Positions 14,748 through 20,000 of a stretch of DNA of 20,000 nt are shown one piece after another; within the stretch, counting starts at the first letter, position 1; every line of letters begins with the position of its first letter. Below the pieces are notes generated by a model. That model was not told where the DNA came from. It worked only from the letters and a program-made list of their open reading frames with translations, and did no database searches. The DNA is taken from IMG/VR virus record IMGVR_UViG_3300008117_000060; one strand, written 5' to 3'. A program made the translations under genes and the position numbers. The stretch comes from an uncultured virus (IMG/VR IMGVR_UViG_3300008117_000060). Lineage: Duplodnaviria > Heunggongvirae > Uroviricota > Caudoviricetes.

Positions 14748-15199
14748 TTGAAAAAGTCATATCTGCTCAAAAGTTTGAAAAAGCTTTCAGAGATTTAGAG
14801 TCTATTTTTAAAGAGGAAAACTCCAAATATGGACACGCATATTTGCCGATCAATCCTCAATGTGTCATTGATTCATTTGCTCATCCAGCGTTACTAAATA
14901 ATAGTATTCACTGTTGGGCAAATTTTGAAAATAATCAAGTGGATGGCTTAATTATGTTTATGGATGGTATGCATCCATTTTTAGGCAAAAGAATGTTTAC
15001 TGAATATTGTTGGGTTAGTAAAAATCCAAAAAAATCATTTGCCTTATACAAGACAGCAATTAAATTTGCCCAAAAAAGAGGCATAGAATATGTTATCATG
15101 AACTGTGTTGAAAACTATCCAACATCTAATAAGTTAAAGAAAATTTATCAAAAAATGGGTTTTAAAAAAGATTCAGAATCGTATATCAAAAGAATATGA
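14744..15199 (+). CDS. GNAT-fold acetyltransferase-like phage protein
   Basis: VDGLIMF, EYCWVSK..SFALYKTAIKFAQKRGIEYV, LKKIYQKMGF (GNAT C-terminal Y.K.GF motif). Confidence 0.65.
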   Translation: MIEKVISAQKFEKAFRDLESIFKEENSKYGHAYLPINPQCVIDSFAHPALLNNSIHCWANFENNQVDGLIMFMDGMHPFLGKRMFTEYCWVSKNPKKSFALYKTAIKFAQKRGIEYVIMNCVENYPTSNKLKKIYQKMGFKKDSESYIKRI

Positions 15200-15402
15200 G
15201 AAAAACAATCGCAAAACAACTTAGAGCAATCACTAACGCAGAAGATAACGCTATCAACAAAAGAGTTTATAGACGTTTAAAGAAGCAATACAACAAGGTT
15301 CCAAAACATGCACGAAAAGACTTCATCGAAGCAACAAAGCAATTCTACGAATTGGTCCAAAAACAATCTAGGGAGCCTGTGGCTGAAACAGGGCAAGAAT
15401 AG
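15196..15402 (+). CDS. Small basic hypothetical protein
   Basis: ATGA-coupled to the upstream gene; Lys/Arg-rich helical 68 aa; overlaps the next ORF by 95 nt. Confidence 0.6.
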   Translation: MRKTIAKQLRAITNAEDNAINKRVYRRLKKQYNKVPKHARKDFIEATKQFYELVQKQSREPVAETGQE

Positions 15403-15550
15403 CAAATATCTATCTGGTAAGATAGTGCTGCAAGACTCAAACGGAGAAACAATCACTCAAAATATTATTGTTTTTAAAAACAAGTATAAAGAAAAAGACA
15501 ATCATCCAGATTATGTAATCTTTAAGCCTTTTGAGGCAAATCAAAACTGA
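15308..15550 (+). CDS. DUF736-like small phage protein
   Basis: LGSLWLKQGKNSKYLSGKI ... VFKNKYKEKDNHPDYVI pattern. Confidence 0.7.
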   Translation: MHEKTSSKQQSNSTNWSKNNLGSLWLKQGKNSKYLSGKIVLQDSNGETITQNIIVFKNKYKEKDNHPDYVIFKPFEANQN

Positions 15551-16141
15551 TTACATTTTATAATTAAATCTATCAAAGTCTTCTGCGTAAACTGATTGAA
15601 CTATTTTTTTTAGTTCTTTCGTCCATTTAATATTTTTTTTCTCAATTGGTTTTCTTTCGAGTCCAAATTCTAGCGGACCATATTTAGAATTTAAATAGTC
15701 AAAACATTCATTTATTTTCTCGTAATGAAAGATTTTGATTCTGTCTTCATAACCTTTAACAAAGGAACTCTGAGTCTCTAAGTGACCATCAAAAATGTAT
15801 TTTCTCTCTACTTGGTCCAAGTTTGGAATTAGTTTAATAAATTCTTTAAATGTTGCGTGTTTGAGTTTGAATAGCCATTCGTTATTCTGAATATAGTTAT
15901 ATTCAGAAACCAATCTATCATAGGGGTTTCGAACAATTGTAAATAGTTCAAGATCGGCTAAGTCAATTTCATGTGATAGTTCTTCGCATGTCAAGTGCTG
16001 CGGACAAACGCAATAGTGTTTGAACTTATATTCATTATAGAAATTATTAATAGTTTTCATGCCCAAAGCTGTTTCAATTGTGGTTCCAGCAGTTTTCGGA
16101 ATATGTATAAAAGCTAATTTTTTATCTTGACAAATAGGCAT
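15551..16141 (-). CDS. Sulfotransferase family 2 protein
   Basis: FIHIPKTAGTTIE, IVRNPYDRLVSEY, HLETQSSFV, YAEDFDRFNY. Confidence 0.9.
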   Translation of the reverse strand: MPICQDKKLAFIHIPKTAGTTIETALGMKTINNFYNEYKFKHYCVCPQHLTCEELSHEIDLADLELFTIVRNPYDRLVSEYNYIQNNEWLFKLKHATFKEFIKLIPNLDQVERKYIFDGHLETQSSFVKGYEDRIKIFHYEKINECFDYLNSKYGPLEFGLERKPIEKKNIKWTKELKKIVQSVYAEDFDRFNYKM

Positions 16142-17309
16142 GAGAATATTCTTTGATGAAGTTTGATTTTGCGATTGGCTCCAAACAAGGACCGATGAAA
16201 TGTATCAAAACATCTGAGTCTTTTATTTCAGGATTGTACCTAGATTTGTTTTGATCTATGGCGGAATGAATTTTTACCTTACTATTAAAAGTAACATATT
16301 CGGTTAAATTATAGTTGCAAAAATAGTAATTCATGAATGCTTGCTCAAAAAAGTATTCACTTGGCCACGATTTCATCAGCCAATTGACATTATAAAAATG
16401 CTCTTTCATCAACTCGCAGTTCATGAATAAAAACTGACCAGCATTAAATGGCATTTGTTGATTTTCACATATTCTCTTATAGAATACATCGTCTTTCACT
16501 ATGCCGTGATATTGACCCAAGTGAGAATCTAATTTAATAATTTTTTCGCTATATGCTGTGTATAGTTTGCCGTTCTTGATTTCAAGATCAAATACTTCAT
16601 TGATATTTTTAATAGCAATCACATCGCTATCAATAAAAAGAATTTTTGCGAATTCATTAACTTTATCAAAATCATAAATCTTCGTTTTATTTTTTGAGAT
16701 TTCAACGCCGTCAGTTGAGTCATCTACTGTGTGAAAATGATAGTTAATACCCCTTAATCCGTCTAAATTTCTAATTTTAGATTGCCAAGATTCGGGGCAT
16801 ATAAATAAAAACTCAAAACTCTTTTCGCTTGCTAAATCAACAATCGAATTAATGGAAGTGTCTAATAAGTTTAGATAATTTAAATCTCCGCCAACAGCAT
16901 AGTATATTAAATTTTTAGTTCCAACCGTTTCTTTTGAGCAATTTTGAATTTTTGAGAAGCGAGCGTCTAGTATTTTTAAAACGGTTTTTTTGCCAAAATC
17001 GCTATCATCATAAAAAGAGTTTTCATTCTTTCTTAAATAGAACTGAATGTTCTTGGGTTTTTGGCCATTAAGCCATTCATATTTATCGCTTCTTCTAAAT
17101 TTTTGAATTGACCCATCTTTGTATTCTACGATTAATACCAAAAATGCACATTTGTCAAATTCTTTCTTGGGCATTTGAAAATGATCTTGCCTAATTTTGC
17201 TAGGGTCTAAAAATAAATCTTCATAATCATGATCGCTATACCATACTCTTAAAGAGGCTTTATTAATTTCTTTTAAGTTTAAATTCGCAAAAGGAATCAA
17301 TTTTATCAT
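16122..17309 (-). CDS. Glycosyltransferase family 8-like (GT-A) with an N-terminal domain of unknown function
   Basis: KILFIDSDVIAIKNINEVF (DxD), FNAGQFLF, FEQAFMNYYF, LIHFIG; the first ~125 aa are unassigned. Confidence 0.82.
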   Translation of the reverse strand: MIKLIPFANLNLKEINKASLRVWYSDHDYEDLFLDPSKIRQDHFQMPKKEFDKCAFLVLIVEYKDGSIQKFRRSDKYEWLNGQKPKNIQFYLRKNENSFYDDSDFGKKTVLKILDARFSKIQNCSKETVGTKNLIYYAVGGDLNYLNLLDTSINSIVDLASEKSFEFLFICPESWQSKIRNLDGLRGINYHFHTVDDSTDGVEISKNKTKIYDFDKVNEFAKILFIDSDVIAIKNINEVFDLEIKNGKLYTAYSEKIIKLDSHLGQYHGIVKDDVFYKRICENQQMPFNAGQFLFMNCELMKEHFYNVNWLMKSWPSEYFFEQAFMNYYFCNYNLTEYVTFNSKVKIHSAIDQNKSRYNPEIKDSDVLIHFIGPCLEPIAKSNFIKEYSHAYLSR

Positions 17310-17310
17310 T

Positions 17311-20000
17311 TTATGGATAAGCGGCTGGTTTAATTAATTCAATAGCATCTATACTAGCTGCCCATCTAGTATTTTGGCCGCTAACTCCGCTGCCAAAAAT
17401 ACAAAAAACATCACTATAGCTTCCTGTATTAAAACTGCCTGTTACAGAAAAGACCGCTTTACCAGCGTTTTCTAAATCGGTTCCTATTGATTCAATATGA
17501 TGGATTCTTTGATAGCCTGTATTGGATGCAAGGGTGCTAATGACTGCTTTTCTCATATATTGAGAAAGATTAGCGTCTTCATCTACACCAAGAACTTTAA
17601 CTGTAAGCATCATGATTTTATCGGTTTGGTTTTCTAAAATATTAAAATATAAACCTGCACCATCCATAGATAAAACTGAAACTCCAGAATCATAAGTAGT
17701 AGCGTTTAAAACAAACTGAATATTTTGACAATCTCCATCGGCACTAAATTTATCTGAACTGTAAGCCCTTGAACCATAACGATCAGCTTTAGAGTAGTAT
17801 CCACCAGCAATTGAATATGCCGCATTTGGAGTTGTGCTACAGCCTATACCTGCCAAAATAACTGAACACAAACCTCCAGCACTATTATTCTCTCCACCCA
17901 AACAAGACGCTGAATATCCACTAGAAGTATTATAATAGCCCCCTAAAACAGAAGCGTAACTATTACTTGCTAAATTATCTTGACCACCGCCAATTGTGGT
18001 AAAAGAACCAGAAGTGATATTACCTACCCCGCCCAAGATAGATTGCCAACTTCCATCATCTGTTTTATTGTTCCATCCACCAGCAATTGTATTATGAGAA
18101 CCAGTATTTAATACATTACCTTGACCGCCACCAATCAAACCATAGCGAGAATTTCCAGAGTTTCCAGAACCACCAGCAATTGTTGGATAGTAATTTTGAA
18201 CATAACTACCAAAAGAATTATTTTTACCAAAAAACCCAGTTTCAGTAATAAGCTTTCCGATAAAAGTTTTTTCTCCACTGATGGTTTGGTTTCCAGTTGC
18301 ATAAACTACATCACCAATAGAAGCATTATCGGTAAATGAACCAGAAATTGTTTGCCCATTTCTAGGATATAAGAAAAGAGTTTTTGTTGTTGTACCAGAA
18401 AATTGTAAACCAGTAATTGATTGATTGTATCCAGTAATTGCGCGACCACTAATATATAGGCCATCAGATTTTTTTAAATATGTTTGATCAATGTTTCCAG
18501 TAATTTCCTCGTAGGGCAGAATAGTTTTCCATTGTCCAGACTTGACTAAATAAAGATTTTGTCCAGAGCTTCCCGTTTGGTAAATAAGTGCTCCATCTGA
18601 ATTTGGAACATTAGCAGGTGAATTATAGCCACTAAAGAAATTACCCGTTCTCCGATCAAAAGATAAGGTAGGAGGAATACCATTTGTATAAAATAATTGT
18701 TCTGGTGGAGAGAACAAATACCCACTCGTTTCTGCGCCATAAACGTAGCCAGTTCCAAAATCATCTTGACCCACAAATTTATAGTAAACAAACTGATTGT
18801 TTGGCACTTCATTGGCAAAAATTGAAAAGCTTTGTGAAGAGGCGTTTTCCAAGAAATTGACTGTTTTTAATAATGCGAAACCAGATAATGAATATGGCGT
18901 TCCAGTATTAGCACCAGTATAAACATCAATACCTTTTGTAATATAATTTTCGACAGCATCGGCATCGAAGTTAACTGTAAAATTAATTTGGCCACTCAAG
19001 GGAGCATTTAATAATTGTGTGACACCTGTAAGCTCTTGAATGACAATTGTTGAACCGCTTGCTGGAGGGACATTAAAAATTAATTGATCATTATTTCCAT
19101 CAATAGAATAATCTCCCGAAAGCTCTTCAAAGCCACCAATAAACGCTCTATAGTTCGTTGATAAGAATCCTGTGTTTCCTGTTGATTCAACAATATTAAG
19201 GGCAAATAAATTAGGCAAACTATAAAAATTAACTTGTGGTGTTGGGGTGAACTTAATTTCGTATTCGCTCGAAGGCACTAAGTTACCTCCAGAATAAACA
19301 CTGTAAAAATCTCCGCTATTGATGTAGCCAGTGATAGCAAAACCAGAAACATCTCCAGTCGGATTATAACTCCAATTTAAAACTTGAGTAAGGCCAGAGG
19401 TCAATCCAGTAATAAATGAATTAGTTTTACCAGTGACATCAAACCCCGTCAAAACCCCGTCTCCAACATAATTCCATGTTGTTAAAACATTATTAAGAAC
19501 TCCAGAAGTTTGAGATGAGAAATAATCTTCAACACTAATAAAATCAATATTAGCTGGCAAATGGTAAACTGTTGCTAATACAGAGTTTTCAGCACCTTGA
19601 TTTTTGATGTTGAATAGTAATGAATAATATCTTTCTCCAGAAGGCAGTCCAAAAAGTTCAGCATTTTTAGTTTGAGGAAAATTAAAAGATAAGCTTGTTT
19701 GATTTGTTGCAAAATTTGAGGCAATTAAATGCGATTGAGCAGTGGCAGGCGTAGCTCCAGTGGAAAGCAAAGAAGCTTTATACGAGAAATTATAGTTGGA
19801 GAAGCCTTGATTTTGCGCTAACTGTAAATCGCTTGTGATTTCATTATCATAAATATCTCTATATTGAAAATTGAAAGAAGAGTCTTTAAATCTTGAATAA
19901 TAGAAACTCTCTCCCGTGCCTTTGGACGTTGCAGATGGATAAAAACCAACTGGAAACGGTGGCGCTGGAGGCGCTGGCGGAATAATTGGCGGCGGTGTAG
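17311..20000 (-). CDS. Large virion structural / tail-fibre-like protein, 5'-truncated by window edge
   Basis: The frame stays open from 19770 to the window end (...TPPPIIPPAPPAPPFPVGFYPSA...). Gly/Ser/Thr/Asn-rich, with a VVYATGNQTISGEKTF fibre motif and 14-15 aa GG..N repeats near the C-terminus. Confidence 0.75.
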   Translation of the reverse strand, partial: TPPPIIPPAPPAPPFPVGFYPSATSKGTGESFYYSRFKDSSFNFQYRDIYDNEITSDLQLAQNQGFSNYNFSYKASLLSTGATPATAQSHLIASNFATNQTSLSFNFPQTKNAELFGLPSGERYYSLLFNIKNQGAENSVLATVYHLPANIDFISVEDYFSSQTSGVLNNVLTTWNYVGDGVLTGFDVTGKTNSFITGLTSGLTQVLNWSYNPTGDVSGFAITGYINSGDFYSVYSGGNLVPSSEYEIKFTPTPQVNFYSLPNLFALNIVESTGNTGFLSTNYRAFIGGFEELSGDYSIDGNNDQLIFNVPPASGSTIVIQELTGVTQLLNAPLSGQINFTVNFDADAVENYITKGIDVYTGANTGTPYSLSGFALLKTVNFLENASSQSFSIFANEVPNNQFVYYKFVGQDDFGTGYVYGAETSGYLFSPPEQLFYTNGIPPTLSFDRRTGNFFSGYNSPANVPNSDGALIYQTGSSGQNLYLVKSGQWKTILPYEEITGNIDQTYLKKSDGLYISGRAITGYNQSITGLQFSGTTTKTLFLYPRNGQTISGSFTDNASIGDVVYATGNQTISGEKTFIGKLITETGFFGKNNSFGSYVQNYYPTIAGGSGNSGNSRYGLIGGGQGNVLNTGSHNTIAGGWNNKTDDGSWQSILGGVGNITSGSFTTIGGGQDNLASNSYASVLGGYYNTSSGYSASCLGGENNSAGGLCSVILAGIGCSTTPNAAYSIAGGYYSKADRYGSRAYSSDKFSADGDCQNIQFVLNATTYDSGVSVLSMDGAGLYFNILENQTDKIMMLTVKVLGVDEDANLSQYMRKAVISTLASNTGYQRIHHIESIGTDLENAGKAVFSVTGSFNTGSYSDVFCIFGSGVSGQNTRWAASIDAIELIKPAAYP
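17780..18190 (-). repeat. Protein-level 14-15 aa Gly-rich repeats (YadA-head-like beta-roll)
   Basis: TIAGGSGN / LIGGGQGN / TIAGGWNN / SILGGVGN / TIGGGQDN / SVLGGYYN / SCLGGENN / VILAGIGC / SIAGGYYS. Confidence 0.75.

Noticed and set aside
9519..16141. Recent duplication or inversion linking the two sulfotransferase genes
   Set aside because: Similarity is limited to the PAPS-binding motifs; no extended nucleotide identity was seen.
17780..18190. Diversity-generating retroelement repeats in the fibre gene
   Set aside because: The repeats are degenerate at the protein level only; no near-identical TR/VR nucleotide pair or reverse transcriptase is in the window.
487..18818. Short alternative-frame and antisense ORFs in the track (e.g. 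948-1358+, 2477-2743+, 6762-7121-, 6919-7236+, 14245-14556+, 18546-18818-)
   Set aside because: They lie within well-supported genes and have no recognisable motifs; treated as shadow ORFs.
1..20000. Stop-codon recoding as in some large phages
   Set aside because: Known genes are full length in the standard code, coding density is high, and TAA, TAG and TGA all appear at gene ends.

Overview
Gene-dense, AT-rich segment of a large dsDNA bacteriophage genome in the standard genetic code. No tRNA, rRNA, CRISPR or mobile element was seen. It has three transcription blocks. (1) A leftward block (4579->1): nrdB-nrdA of the class Id-like type with no ATP-cone, a protein fusing two viral DUF-like domains, a PQ-loop/SemiSWEET-like membrane protein and a GT2 glycosyltransferase that runs off the window. 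(2) A rightward block (4820->15550) mixing replication/transcription genes (dUTPase, dNMP kinase, sigma-70-family factor, SSB, Whirly-like protein, Rad52/Redbeta-like annealase) with glycan/modification enzymes (two GT4s, GT9 halves, cupin, sulfotransferase, 2OG-Fe(II) oxygenase, GNAT) and Hsp20. (3) A convergent leftward block (>20000->15551): a large Gly/Ser/Thr-rich tail-fibre-like protein, a GT8 and a second sulfotransferase. The most notable observations are an apparently split GT9 enzyme (N-domain fused to a GT4, C-domain on a separate gene beyond a cupin), a phage-encoded glycosylation/sulfation toolkit, a Whirly-like ssDNA-binding protein, promoter geometry suggesting leaderless mRNAs plus a GTGTAA motif, and an 11-bp tandem repeat directly before ssb. 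All family calls come from recognising motifs by eye; no database search was run.
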